A stretch of DNA of 64,000 bases from Macrostomum hystrix (GCA_950097015.1 CATNEN010000039.1:14756001-14820000), one strand, 5' to 3'. Positions 14,196 through 27,383 are shown, counted from the stretch's first letter. Numbers and translations: made by a program. Notes: generated by a model not told the origin, from the sequence alone.

Positions 14196-14814
14196 TAAAT
14201 ATACTAATTTTACGTTGCGAGTATGTACTTTGTAAGCGTTTGAAAAGCGCTTACATCGGTGCTCCTTTCAATCAGCGACCTTCATTTGCATTTCGACCCA
14301 CCCAGCGCTCAAAATAGACCTGAGCGGGCCAGACCGGCTGACCTGACGGCCTGGAAAGCAATGACGCAGAGACCGAGAGCCTATGCACCTTATCGGCCTG
14401 CGAACTCGTGCCTAAATGCTCGCGGCTGGTTTGTTGGGTTGGGGACCATGGCAACGCGGGGCAGAGAGATAACTGCTTGTGTGTTATCTGTTATATCTCT
14501 CCCTCTGACCACGCTCCTACTGCTTAACACTGTGCCTTATCGCTTGAATATAAAATACACTGCTTCGTAGATATGCTCCTGCACTGAAGCTTTGAGATGT
14601 GAGTCTCACAATCATAATTGTTGGCCTCTGGAGTCAGTACGAGTTCAAGTCTTTCGGTTAGTGTCGGCAGAAGGTAGCAGGCGGCAAGAAAACCTGCTAT
14701 ATACTTATGTACCAGCGATTATTGAGATTTTCATGAGATTTTCATTGATATTGAGATTATTGTGATGATGGGGCTCGAGGGCTCAATCCCCAGTGTTCAA
14801 TTTAGCCAATCTCA

Positions 14815-15412
14815 ATCACAACTCGACACACTGTTGACTCCGACGGTCCGTGGGCGTCTCGGATCACGTGGTAGAAGCTGCTGGTCGCAAAAAACTGCAG
14901 GGCAGTCAAAGTCTGCTCACGCGAACTCAAGGCGCAGCTTCGGTTGGTATCGTGTTCCAATTGAGGACCAACCCGTTCCAGTAGCAACTCGACAGTTTCC
15001 GCATTCATTCGAAAGCGCTGGCGGAAATCAAGGTCCGCGTCTAAATTTACTCTGTCTCTAAATTCTCGTGGTCTTCGTTGGTTAAGTTGGTAGTCAACGA
15101 GGTTAAAGTCATCAAGAAAGTCCATCTTAGCCTGTTCCGAGGGATGCTCAAATTTAACCGCGAATTCCTAACCTCTTTAGCAGACTGCTACTTTCATGAA
15201 ACCGAAAAAATTTTCTGCTGCTAAATCGGGGGTTCATGCCATAGACACTTCACTGGTAACAGTGGTCTCTCCACTCTCTTCACCCTCCACAGAGCTTTGT
15301 GAAAGCCGCCTTACAGCTCAGCGTGAAATATTCTTACCACAACTGCTAAATAGCAACTGCTAAGTTAGCAGCTGCTAACTGCTAACTTAGCAGTGTTTCA
15401 TGAAATCGGCCC
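14815..15412 (-). mobile_element. Truncated PIF/Harbinger transposon: one TIR plus the N-terminal part of a HARBI1-like nuclease (15125 to ~14815)
   Basis: FRQRFRMNAETV...EHDTNRSCALSSREQTLTALQFFATSSF...SESTVCRVV matches the HARBI1 N-terminal HTH region; terminus GGGCCGATTTCATGAAA next to CAG; subterminal gctaagttagcag palindromes. Confidence 0.8.
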
Positions 15413-15704
15413 CAGGGGCGCCCCACGGACCCGGGCTCGCGTACTGACCCTAGCTACGGTCGTCCCCACCGACCCGCGTACGACACAGAGTTGGTTGGGC
15501 TAGGCAGATCGAGCGGACGACGCACACTGGTTGAGGTGGGGATCGGCGTACGACGCTCCACTTCCTCTAAGGTGCCTAAAGCTAGCCCGCAAAGGACAAA
15601 CGCGGAGTCGAAGGCTTACCAACCAGAAGTTCTCACAGTCGCGCGGCGCAGGCAGGGCCGGATGACCGGAAGTCAAACCCGTATATTGTTAGTCAGTCGA
15701 GTAG

Positions 15705-16145
15705 TGTGACTCAGGCAGGGCAGCGTTCCCGTAGAGGGGGGGCCAGGCAGTCGTGATTTTAGGTGTCGTACGTAGTTGTCTTGAGGGGGGCCGGCGGTGG
15801 CAGAGGCCAGGGTCCAGCGCTCCACGATAAATAGCACCGCGGCGGGGGAGAGAGCCCGGGGCTAAAGCCCCACCCCCGAGGGGCCAGGGCAGACCCAAGA
15901 CCCCCAAAAAACACGGCCCGCCAATCAGCGCAGCGCACGGCATAAATAACTAGGGGGGAGGGAGGGTACATCAACCGGTGTAAGCCGGCCGAGTGAACAA
16001 CAACAGGGGGAGAGGCGTAGGGTCGAAATGGCCCAGCCAATCAGCGCGGCGCAGGCCGAGATAAAGAATAAACAACCAAGTGCGGGGGGGTGCAGCGCAC
16101 TCACACAAGGTGCACTGGGCACTTTCATTCAGCCCAGTCACCACA
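15705..16145 (-). mobile_element. LTR-like GC-rich fragment
   Basis: TGTGGTGAC...GTCACA termini on the minus strand, paired CCAAT boxes and a TATTTAT box; no TSD found. Confidence 0.35.
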
Positions 16146-16482
16146 TATATTACAAAATTAGGATTGATGATGACAGACTGAAATGCGTTGCACTTTAAAA
16201 AGGGCCTACTTTAAAGTACGCACTTTAAAAGAATACTAGGGTACTCTATTGCTACGCCCTTAAAGAGTACCAGAGTACTCAAGAGTGCTTAAAGAGTACA
16301 CTGTGAAAACACTGCCTTAAACAGAAACTGGGTTCGAGGAACGAAGACAAGTACTTTAGTTTTAATTTAAATATATATATATAAGCAGCGAGATGAAGCC
16401 CCGTTTAACAGTCAGCGGCAGCTACTGGCCTTCCCGACCAGCCCCCTCTCAATATCGTTAGCGCTGGTAGCGGCAGCAGCGC

Positions 16483-18419
16483 CAGCAGCAGCCGCGCCTT
16501 GGTTGGGGTTGCAAAAGTCGCTCGCCGCGCTAGCAGCAGCCGCCCCTTGGTTGGGGTTGCAAAAGTCGCTCGCCGCGCTAGCAGCAGCCGCCCCTTGGTT
16601 GGGGTTGCAAAAGTCGCTCGCCGCACTAGCAGCAGTCGCCCCTTGGTTGGGGTTGCAAAAGTCGCTCGCCGCGCTAGCAGCAGCCGCCCCTTGGTTGGGG
16701 TTGCAAAAGTCGCTCGCCGCGCTAGCAGCAGCCGCCCCTTGGTTGGGGTTGCAAAAGTCGCTCGCCGCGCTAGCAGCAGCCGCCCCTTGGTTGGGGTTGC
16801 AAAAGTCGCTCGCCGCACTAGCAGCAGTCGCCCCTTGGTTGGGGTTGCAAAAGTCGCTCGCCGCGCTAGCAGCAGCCGCCCCTTGGTTGGGGTTGCAAAA
16901 GTCGCTCGCCGCGCTAGCAGCAGCCGCCCCTTGGTTGGGGTTGCAAAAGTCGCTCGCCGCGCTAGCAGCAGCCGCCCCTTGGTTGGGGTTTCAAAAGTCG
17001 CTCGCCGCGCTAGCAGCAGTCGCCCCTTGGTTGGGGTTGCAAAAGTCGCTCGCCGCGCTAGCAGCAGCCGCCCCTTGGTTGGGGTTGCAAAAGTCGCTCG
17101 CCGCGCTAGCAGCAGCCGCCCCTTGGTTGGGGTTGCAAAAGTCGCTCGCCGCACTAGCAGCAGTCGCCCCTTGGTTGGGGTTGCAAAAGTCGCTCGCCGC
17201 GCTAGCAGCAGCCGCCCCTTGGTTGGGGTTGCAAAAGTCGCTCGCCGCGCTAGCAGCAGCCGCCCCTTGGTTGGGGTTGCAAAAGTCGCTCGCCGCACTA
17301 GCAGCAGTCGCCCCTTGGTTGGGGTTGCAAAAGTCGCTCGCCGCGCTAGCAGCAGCCGCCCCTTGGTTGGGGTTGCAAAAGTCGCTCGCCGCGCTAGCAG
17401 CAGCCGCCCCTTGGTTGGGGTTGCAAAAGTCGCTCGCCGCGCTAGCAGCAGCCGCCCCTTGGTTGGGGTTGCAAAAGTCGCTCGCCGCACTAGCAGCAGT
17501 CGCCCCTTGGTTGGGGTTGCAAAAGTCGCTCGCCGCGCTAGCAGCAGCCGCCCCTTGGTTGGGGTTGCAAAAGTCGCTCGCCGCGCTAGCAGCAGCCGCC
17601 CCTTGGTTGGGGTTGCAAAAGTCGCTCGCCGCGCTAGCAGCAGCCGCCCCTTGGTTGGGGTTTCAAAAGTCGCTCGCCGCGCTAGCAGCAGTCGCCCCTT
17701 GGTTGGGGTTGCAAAAGTCGCTCGCCGCGCTAGCAGCAGCCGCCCCTTGGTTGGGGTTGCAAAAGTCGCTCGCCGCGCTAGCAGCAGCCGCCCCTTGGTT
17801 GGGGTTGCAAAAGTCGCTCGCCGCACTAGCAGCAGTCGCCCCTTGGTTGGGGTTGCAAAAGTCGCTCGCCGCGCTAGCAGCAGCCGCCCCTTGGTTGGGG
17901 TTGCAAAAGTCGCTCGCCGCGCTAGCAGCAGCCGCCCCTTGGTTGGGGTTGCAAAAGTCGCTCGCCGCGCTAGCAGCAGCCGCCCCTTGGTTGGGGTTTC
18001 AAAAGTCGCTCGCCGCGCTAGCAGCAGTCGCCCCTTGGTTGGGGTTGCAAAAGTCGCTCGCCGCGCTAGCAGCAGCCGCCCCTTGGTTGGGGTTGCAAAA
18101 GTCGCTCGCCGCGCTAGCAGCAGCCGCCCCTTGGTTGGGGTTGCAAAAGTCGCTCGCCGCACTAGCAGCAGTCGCCCCTTGGTTGGGGTTGCAAAAGTCG
18201 CTCGCCGCGCTAGCAGCAGCCGCCCCTTGGTTGGGGTTGCAAAAGTCGCTCGCCGCGCTAGCAGCAGTCGCCCCTTGGTTGGGGTTTCAAAAGTCGCTCG
18301 CCGCGATAGCAGCAGCCGCCCCTTGGTTGGGGTTGCAAAAGTCGCTCGCCGCGCTAGCAGCAGTCGCCCCTTGGTTGGGGTTTCAAAAGTCGCTCGCCGC
18401 GCTAGCAGCAGCCGCCCCC
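16483..18419. repeat. 48-bp GC-rich minisatellite, ~40 copies
   Basis: Unit ttggttggggttgcaaaagtcgctcgccgcgctagcagcagccgcccc. Confidence 0.97.
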
Positions 18420-18687
18420 CGTTCGGAGTCGTCGCTGACAGCAGCATTCGGCTTTGACCGCTCTCTGTGAAAAGTGAAAACCAAAGTTTTTTTATGGAAT
18501 GCAGCTTTTGAACTGCAGACGGTAATTGGGTTTAAGGGCGACTTTGTGGATTTGGGGGCGCCTCCATTTTTGGCGGCAGCCTCCATTGCCACTGTGGCCG
18601 CCTCCATTGCCGCTGCGGCCGATTCCACCTCCGCCGAAGCCTCATCCAAAGCCACCACCGCGGGCTCCGCCACCGCCGCGAATTGAC

Positions 18688-19743
18688 AAAAGGCAATTAA
18701 TAGCCAAAAGGCAATTAATCACCAAAAGGCAATTAATCACCAAAAGGCAATTAATAGCCAAAAGGCAATTAACAGCCAAAAGGCAATTAATCACCAAAAG
18801 GCAATTAATCACCAAAAGGCAATTAATCACCAAAAGGCAATAAATAGCCAAAAGGCAATTAACAGCCAAAAGGCAATTAACAGCCAAAAGGCAATTAATA
18901 GCCAAAAGGCAATTAATCACCAAAAGGCAATTAACAGCCAAAAGGCAATTAACAGCCAAAAGGCAATTAATCACCAAAAGGCAATTAACAGCCAAAAGGC
19001 AATTAACAGCCAAAAGGCAATTAATCACCAAAAGGCAATTAATCACCAAAAGGCAATTAATAGCCAAAAGGCTATTAATCACCAAAAGGCAATTAATAGC
19101 CAAAAGGCAATTAATCACCAAAAGGCAATTAATCACCAAAAGGCAATTAATCACCAAAAGGCAATTAACAGCCAAAAGGCAATTAATAGCCAAAAGGCAA
19201 TTAATCACCAAAAGGCAATTAACAGCCAAAAGGCAATTAATCACCAAAAGGCAATTAATCACCAAAAGGCAATTAACAGCCAAAAGGCAATTAACAGCCA
19301 AAAGGCAATTAATAGCCAAAAGGCAATTAATAGCCAAAAGGCAATTAATAGCCAAAAGGCAATTAATAGCCAAAAGGCAATTAATAGCCAAAAGGCAATT
19401 AATAGCCAAAAGGCAATTAATAGCCAAAAGGCAATTAATAGCCAAAAGGCAATTAATAGCCAAAAGGCTATTAATCACCAAAAGGCAATTAATAGCCAAA
19501 AGGCAATTAATAGCCAAAAGGCAATTAATAGCCAAAAGGCTATTAATCACCAAAAGGCAATTAATAGCCAAAAGGCAATTAATCACCAAAAGGCAATTAA
19601 TAGCCAAAAGGCAATTAATCACCAAAAGGCAATTAACAGCCAAAAGGCAATTAATCACCAAAAAGGCAATTAACAGCCAAAAGGCAATTAATCACCAAAA
19701 AGGCAATTAACAGCCAAAAGGCAATTAATCACCAAAAAGGCAA
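18688..19743. repeat. 18-bp satellite (aaaaggcaattaa-tagcc/tcacc/cagcc)n
   Basis: Direct tandem periodicity. Confidence 0.97.
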
Positions 19744-20251
19744 ATGGTGCATTTCACGTGCTTTCATCTAATTTGTCAGCTAATTCAGCGAAACGTGCGT
19801 GTGCAACGGTACCTTCCGCAGTTTCAGCAGGGCATGGCGACGTCCGTCGTGTTTGCGGATGGTGTAGGGACTCTAGTTGAAGTTCCTCATTCTACCTCGT
19901 TGTGACTCTTTGTCGCTTACCCTCCTTTCTTTGTTATCTTTGTCCCTTCCTCTTCGTTTCGCTGCTGCTTTCGCCAAGTTTTTGCCTCTCTCGTGCATCT
20001 TTGTTCGTGCTTTGGGGGCACAAAATGACTACTTTCAAACATCAAGCCAGGTTTAACTGGTCATTGTGCAGCTTGCACGGAGTGTTAAAATATAATTCGG
20101 AATCCAGAGATATATATATACATATATTGTCATAAAATATGACAAGCCTGGCATGCTTGGGATTTGCAACGGAAATCGGTCAGTTTTTGTTATTGAGTTG
20201 AGACTTTTAGAGCCTTGATATTTTCATACAACTTTCCATACATTCAATACA

Positions 20252-21077
20252 TCAAAAAATGAAAGAATAAAGCTTAAATCGCCAAATAAACAGCGCAATC
20301 AGAATCGCGATCAGCATCGCGCAGCCCAGCAGTACGGCTACGAGCAGCCATTTCGGGTGCCAAGCATCCCCAGAAGTCGCGGTTGCAGACGGAATGTAGA
20401 TTCGTAATGTGAGACAATCCGTTTTTTCTGCATTCGGTCTACATTCGTAGCGTTCAAGTGCGGTTTCATGGTCATAATCATAACGATTGTTGATCCAATT
20501 TTCACAGCCGATAATGTCTGCGTTTGCTTGAGTTTGCTCAGATCGAGGCTTTTTAGAAACAATTTTAAGACACTTTTCAGATGGACTGCAATAAGCTTCA
20601 GCATATTCTTTAGACAATCTTAAGTAGTTAAGGCATGGTACCAGATCACGTTCTAGATCATTGACCAAGTTTAATACACTCGCTTTATTGCAGTTATCAC
20701 CCGTGCAGTCTTTGCAATATTTTGTAGCAGGACAGGCGCCGCAACCATATTTCAGTGCCTAAAAAGTTTCCGCATAGGGCAAAATTTATAGGGAAAACTG
20801 TTGCTTTCTGATTTCTAATTGATATGCTAATTAAATTAGTTTAATTCATTCCGTCACTCACCACTCCATTTTCAGGTTTTCTTCTAGGATCATATTCTAC
20901 GTTGCACTTGGTGATTCTTGGAGGACAATGTGTTTCAGCATCATCCATTGAATCTTTCTTATATAGAGCGAATGTTGCTATCCAATTTTGCGACCAGATA
21001 CATTTAATACAATCAGCCAGCTGAATGCCTCCAAGTGCAAGAAACACGCAAACAATAACCAGCTTCATAGTCGTCAT
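20252..21077 (-). CDS. Cys-rich type I membrane protein with Ly6/uPAR (three-finger)-like domain(s); exons 21077-20862 and 20758-20252 (~240 aa)
   Basis: Signal peptide MKLVIVCVFLALGGIQLADC; IKC...C...C...YGCGAC...CKDCTGDNCN (C-x4-CN end motif); a second Cys-containing domain; C-terminal TM WLLVAVLLGCAMLIAILIALFIW; GTGAGT donor and TTTTTAG acceptor in phase 0. Confidence 0.8.
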
Positions 21078-22316
21078 GATTGCCAGCTTCGATTCCGAAT
21101 AGCCCAGTTAGATTTGGTCGATTAGCTGGCAGGTGGCAGTTGAACTGCAGTCAATTCTTGATCAGGTTTGCAACGGCTGAGTAGAATCGGCCAGAATGCT
21201 CAGTCGAGTGTTGTCAGTTGTTGGATTTGATCGCTGCCCCTTCAATATGCTGCAGAAAATGCAGGTGCGAGCCGGCTCGGTCTATGGCTGACACAGGGGT
21301 GCCCGCCTTTTGTCTATGGCAAATTTCAGCTCTACTTTGCTTTTTTCATGCATGACTATTCTGAGATGAATTTTTGTGTTGTACTATTAGAAATCTTTCT
21401 AGCTTATTGGAGTTTCTCTCTAACAAAGAATTATTGCACTTTACAAGCATGGAATGTATGTTTCCCATGGGCCCACATTTGACAGACAGGGCGAGCCAGG
21501 TTAACGAAAACTAGGCTAGTAATGAAGTCGGTGACTTATTACGGGATGAGTGAGCCGTCATGCATATCAAAGTACTTATTAATAAAGACTTATTAAAGAC
21601 TCTGACTGACCCCTGCCCTTCCGTTCTCTCTCCCAGACCCGCCATAAATCTCTTGGCGTTCAGTGATTTCTCAAACTTTCAATAAAGAGAGGGGGCGCAG
21701 TGTCATTCGTCCAACTTTTCTAATTATCAATCCCCGCTATATATACAAGTCTAGATTTCTAGATTCGAGAAATTGATTGATTCGAGAAATTGCACCACTA
21801 AAATCTTATGATTAACCTTATGAGAAATTGGCATAAGGCCAGCGTGTCAAAATTACTGCAATGTGCCTTCCATTTCGAAAAATAGAATTTTCCAAATCGA
21901 ATTTGGGATTTTCACATCCACTTTCGGGGCAAGTGGATGCTTAGAAAATTCAAAATATAAATTTTGTGCGCATATCTTTTGCTCTTCTAAAAACTGAAGC
22001 TGCATTCAAATCGCACACCAAATACGTTCTGGCCATGCAGTTTTGGACCTCGAAAAAATGACTAAAAATGACCAAAATCTCGTTTTCAGGATTCAATTAC
22101 CCACATCTTCGGTAAAAAACATCCAATTAGTCTGAAACCAACATTGTCGTATAGGCAACACCCAAGAAAGTTGGTTGACATGTGTTGAAATGACATGTGT
22201 TACATGTTTTGCAAAAACCGCATCCAAATCGGTTTAACTGGGTAAAAGCGGCAATCGTTAAAAGTTGAAAAACGTGCTTTCCTATCCCGACACGTTGGTT
22301 ACATCTTATCAAGATG

Positions 22317-22510
22317 CAGTGGCGGCGCAGGGGGGGGGGGGGGGGGGGGGGGGCGGGGGGGGGCGGGCTGCCCCCGGGTGACCACCCCTCACCACCCTCA
22401 GGGGGTGACCACCCACTTAAAAAAAATTGGTACTTTACCAAGTAAAGTGGTGGCCGGGGGGTGACCACCCAACCACCGCCCCCCCAGCTGGAGGTCCTGC
22501 GCCGCCACTG
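22317..22510. mobile_element. hAT-type MITE (194 bp)
   Basis: TIRs cagtggcggcgcagg / cctgcgccgccactg; perfect 8-bp TSD tcaagatg at 22309-22316 and 22511-22518. Confidence 0.92.
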
Positions 22511-23202
22511 TCAAGATGAGATATCGCATCCGTAATGACTCGCCAACGCTCGGCTTCCTCTTGGCCATTACTGGAAGATGGCCAAGTAGAACAATCCCAA
22601 CTCGAAGAAAATATTCTCGTAATAGCTGGTGGTGTTCTTTGTTTAAATTAGGCATTTGTTTATTAGATGTATATTAGAAATATAGCTAGCAGTGCAGCTA
22701 CCTATATTTTTATAAATTTCGAAAGCATAATTTTTCGAAAAAAAACTTGAGACTAATAGAATATATTATTGAGGATTGGAATGAATTATCGAGTGAAATC
22801 ATGAATTATTAAGGGGGAAGCATGAATTGTCGAAGCGGTAGACCCAATTATCGAAGGGAAGTATGAATTTTCGAGGCAGTAAAATGAATTATCAAGGGTA
22901 TGCACTTATATGCGAGCAGCAATGCCCGTTGTTCTCAACGGCTTCTGAGCCCTTCTTTCAAGTTTCAACAAAACTGCCTGATACAAGAAACTCTCAACTG
23001 CTTCTCTATGACGTCAGTTTTTTGTTGATAGCATTCCTGTGAGCTATATAAGAGTTTTATTGCACACAAACGAAGCCAAGCTATGACTTTTGCCCAGACT
23101 AAAAAATATAGTTAAAACTAATAAAAAACTGACTTTCAATGGTTAAAAAAGCTGCAAAGCAGAGGCATACAGCGACCCGAAATAGGCTACACAAACAGAC
23201 AA

Positions 23203-23657
23203 CCAAGACTGTTAGACACCCAAGACTGTTAGACACCCAAGACTGTTAGACACCCAAGACTGTTAGACACCCAAGACTGTTAGACACCCAATACTGTTAG
23301 ACACCCAAGACTGTTAGACACCCAAGACTGTTAGACACCCAATACTGTTAGACACCCAAGACTGTTAGACACCCAAGACTGTTAGACACCCAATACTGTT
23401 AGACACCCAAGACTGTTAGACACCCAAGACTGTTAGACACCCAATACTGTTAGACACCCAAGACTGTTAGACACCCAATACTGTTAGACACCCAAGACTG
23501 TTAGACACCCAATACTGTTAGACACCCAATACTGTTAGACACCCAAGACTGTTAGACACCCAATACTGTTAGACACCCAAGACTGTTAGACACCCAAGAC
23601 TGTTAGACACCCAAGACTGTTAGATACTCAAGACTGTTGGACACCAAAGACTGTTAG
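23203..23657. repeat. 17-bp minisatellite (ccaagactgttagacac)n
   Basis: About 26 tandem copies. Confidence 0.95.
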
Positions 23658-23719
23658 TTAGAAAACCAAGACATAGGATGTGGGATCTGAACGGAGGAAT
23701 CTGAGAAAGAACGATTTGA

Positions 23720-26055
23720 TGATGTGGAGTGTACTTCGGAATCGAGTGGGGTTGTGAGCCAGCCTAATTTTTCCAATTTTTAGCAAGTCAATAATCGCGA
23801 CCCACATAGCAGCTGGCCGCAGAACACCATCATTAATCTTAGGGCCAGACTTGGGGCGGAGGTGAATTAAGTAGCCGCCGATTCCCTTTGTCTCGGATCT
23901 GTCTAGTCCCCTGTAGGAGTGACTGATCGCGGAAATAGCAATACTGTATGGACTAGTTTAAGTTATAATTCCCCTCCAAACCGCGATCAGGTTGTCGGGA
24001 TCACTCATGCGTTTAGAGTGAGCTTTAATTCTTCATGTCCCTCTTCTTTACTGTAACCCGAGCCGAAGCTCGATTATGACCTTTCCCCCTTTAGATACAT
24101 GTAACGACACTATAGGCAGGTCGGCGCCTGCGCTTCCCATATCCCGGCGGGATCACAATCATTGGCCGACTGCCGGCAGACGCTCCTAGTGGGGCATCTG
24201 GCGATTCTCGCCGCCGCTTCAGTGGGCAATTGGGGTGGCATTATGCCGACCCGATTCCTCGCTGACAGGCCGGCGAGCATGTGGGTTATTTTGATGAATG
24301 CGAGGTTGGCGGAGCTGCAGGACTATTTAAGGAAGCGCGCTGCGCTGCCCCTAGGAAAAAAAGCTTCCCGAACCCTCCCCCGAACCTACCCTTTCCGCCC
24401 TTACAACCTTTTTCCCTTGTCCGGTCCCGGAACTCGGTCCGTGGACTCTCCCCCTTCTAGGCTAGCACTTAGTCCCTGAGCCTAAGGCTCCAGAGCATAG
24501 CAGCAGGCAACTACCTGCTAGTGCCCTTAAGCGCAAGCCACCTCCTTAGGTGCGCTCCAAATTGAGCCTTGAGCTCCCTGCAGTCTGGCCCCTTGCCAAC
24601 TGTACTCAGCAATCCCTCACCTTTTCTCCCGTTCATTTGCATTCCCCCGCGAGATCGACGGCCTGCAGCCTGTCAACCAGCGTAGTCAGATAAGTAACCC
24701 GCGCAGCGGACTTTTATTGCTATCCCTAAGGGATTTACTATTTAGCTAGTGGGTAATAAGGGCAAGGGCAAGGATTTGATTTAGCCTAATAAAACTATTA
24801 AATCACAGCTTATCTAACTTATTGGGCAACTTAATAACAACTTGAATCCTTTTTACTATGCATTTCACTTTCTCTTATTTTATCGTTAGACAGCCCTCGA
24901 TCATGAGTGGCTAACTTATTAGGGGGATGGGCTCTGGTGATGCCTAGCTGAAAGCTGCGGCAGGAGGATAACTGTGAGCGCGCATGAAAGTAATAAGGAG
25001 CTAGGGATTTGCGAGTAATATGCGGAGCGTAGCATGTGTTTCTCTGCTAGGGGTGGGGGAATTCCTTGGCGGGTTTTTCCTCTCTTTCTGGCAGATCAAG
25101 GAGTGCGTGTCAACCTCCCTTGTCAATTAGTGTTTCCCTTCTGTTCCCCGCCTCTCGCTGCCGCCGCCATGGGAGCGAGGGGTGTGATCTAATAATCACC
25201 GCTTGCATAATCACTCAGCCAGTGTTCTGCTCAATCTCTCCTGCCTCTGATTTCCTCATCTCACACAGATTCGGATTTGCTAGTTATTTAATGTGTAGGC
25301 TGCAATCTAATGTACGGAATGTGTCTAATGTCTCATGAGTAGGATTCTGGCTATGGATTTCTCATTCGGGTTCGGAGTACCACCTTTCTAGACCACTGTA
25401 GCGCAGTTTCAGGAATCCCCTTGTGAGGCGTGACTCGATCCATTCTGGGGTTCTCACCCTAGTCTAAAACGGAAGTTACAGAATGCTCTATTTTTCGGCT
25501 TGTCTAAGATCTGTGTGACAAACTGGGAGCCGCGAGCTCCGGGGACCCAAGTTCCCAAATGTCTGCGGTGGCAACGTAGGCGCATTGGGTGGTGGCGCTA
25601 CCTTCGATCATTATCCGCTTTGCCGATAGCCTTTCCGCATTTCTAAGACAAGAGCCTAGGCCGAGTCGACCACTGCTACCAAAGTTAGGAGTCAGTTACG
25701 AACATGCTACTGATGACAGTAGGCTATCTAGCCCTGTCCTATTCGCTTGCGGGTAGTCCGACATCTATTTAGACTTTTAGCCGGTTTCGAGCACTGCTTG
25801 GGGTGGGCACGGCAGTCATGCCTGTGGCCTATGGGTTGGGTGGGACTGGCCAGCCTGAGGCCAATAGGACCACTCACTTGCATCCTTTGTACCGCCCCAT
25901 CTCTCCCTTCATCTCTCCCTTCATCCCTCCCTTCGTCATCCCTCTCTGCGACAACTCGCGGCAGCAGCGATCGACCTCCGACTCTATCGTCGTTTTCCAC
26001 ACTCCTATCTTTCATGAGGGCGGTCATCGGCTAGCAAAAGACCCGCACTAGTTCA
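23720..26055 (+). repeat. 5' LTR (2,336 bp)
   Basis: Matches the 3' copy on all spot checks and gives identical ORF translations; TATTTAA at ~24324, AATAAA at ~24788. Confidence 0.95.
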
Positions 26056-26056
26056 A

Positions 26057-26076
26057 TGGTGGCATCGAGGTGGGAT
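26057..26076 (+). other. Primer-binding site, tRNA-Leu-like
   Basis: TGGTGGCATCGAGGTGGGAT just after the LTR; resembles the complement of the tRNA-Leu 3' end (TGGTGGCAGCGGTGGGAT). Confidence 0.7.
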
Positions 26077-27383
26077 CTAGAAAGGGCGCGAAACGAACCT
26101 GAATTTTTCAATTGTTAGTTTAGCGCCGCAGATTTCTGTGGTAGTTAGCCGTAAGGGCTTCTTCTAGATTTCATCTTCCGTATGCCTAAATCTTATCTCT
26201 AGAGACTGGACTTCAGTTCGAGTAACTGTCAATTAATTTTCTTTGAACAGTTTCAATTTGATTCGGACTTTAATGTAAGGATTTTGTTAGGATTTCCAAA
26301 ATTTCTGATTAGTGACTTTCTACTATGAGTAGGCTGTGTGAGCGGACTTCATGCTAGAGTGTCTTCGGGTTAGTGGCTGCTGCAGGAGTCGGGGACTGTC
26401 TGTGGGGTTTTCCCGCGTGATTGATCTGGGAGGGGCCATTCTTAACGAGGGACCGGGCAACGCCGTTCGGCCTTCTAACCGAGCGAGGGGAGCCCCCGGC
26501 AATGCAGCCGGGAATCGATGACTCGCCGAGCACCGGGGATTGGTTCTCTTGGGCAGCTTGCGGGCCTGCTTACGTGTACCTGATTTTGAAAGTGTCACAT
26601 AACTTTGACCAAGTCTGACTTTGGTGGGGAACAGTTAGGGAGGTGGGACTTCTGAGGGAGGTCTAGCGACCCCCGTGCCCGCCTCTCGAAACTGCCTACT
26701 TCAAGTATGGGCTAGAATTCGGTCGGCACGTTTTTCTAAGAGATTCTTTGAGGGGTTTTCTAAATGGGGTAGCCAGGCTTTAGCCATGGACTCCTATCCG
26801 AGCGAGATCCCAGGTATATCCCCCCTGGGCTTCCCAGTCTCGTTAATCGCGAGGGGGGCCCCCGGCAATGCAGCCGGGAACCGATGACTCCCTGAACGAG
26901 TCGGGGATTATCCCTTCTCTGAGTATCTTATTGAGGCGTGTACTTTCCAAGGTAGGGCGATAGGCTGTTGCAGGCGCAAGCTTGCAGTAGTACTGACCCC
27001 GCCGTACCTATAGTGCAACAGTCCGCTATAGGGTTGCAGAACGAGTGCTAAGTTAAAACCTAGACTTCTATGTCCCAAACTTAAGTGCGCGCAAACAGTT
27101 GTCAGTAGCCAAGGCTGGAAGCAAAGCTAGCCAGGGCCCTGGGCCCTTTTCTCTCTCACTGATCTTTGATCATTTTTGCAGTAGGGTTGCTCTCTAGGAG
27201 TAGGGAACTCGCCGCATTATTAATTAGGGCTGGACTTGACAGCTCAGGCTCATTTTCTTTCCCCCCCGCACGATCTCCAGTCGTGATCTGTTTTTCCTCT
27301 TCTCCTTTTCCCCCATTGTTGCATTAGCGACAGACCCCCCCTCTTTTTCATTCGCAAAATCCTCATTCCTCTTTTGGCCGAAA

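Noticed and set aside
18642-19661. 339-aa (INCLLA)n ORF
   Set aside because: Translation of an 18-bp satellite
25700-25745. Hammerhead ribozyme (CTGATGA) in the LTR, retrozyme-like; a similar motif at ~4142
   Set aside because: No properly placed GAAA or three-stem junction; ctactg-atga-cagtag is a simple hairpin
24162-26051. Short ORFs within the LTR (duplicated at 32413-34302)
   Set aside because: Non-ATG starts and no recognisable motifs; duplication only reflects LTR identity
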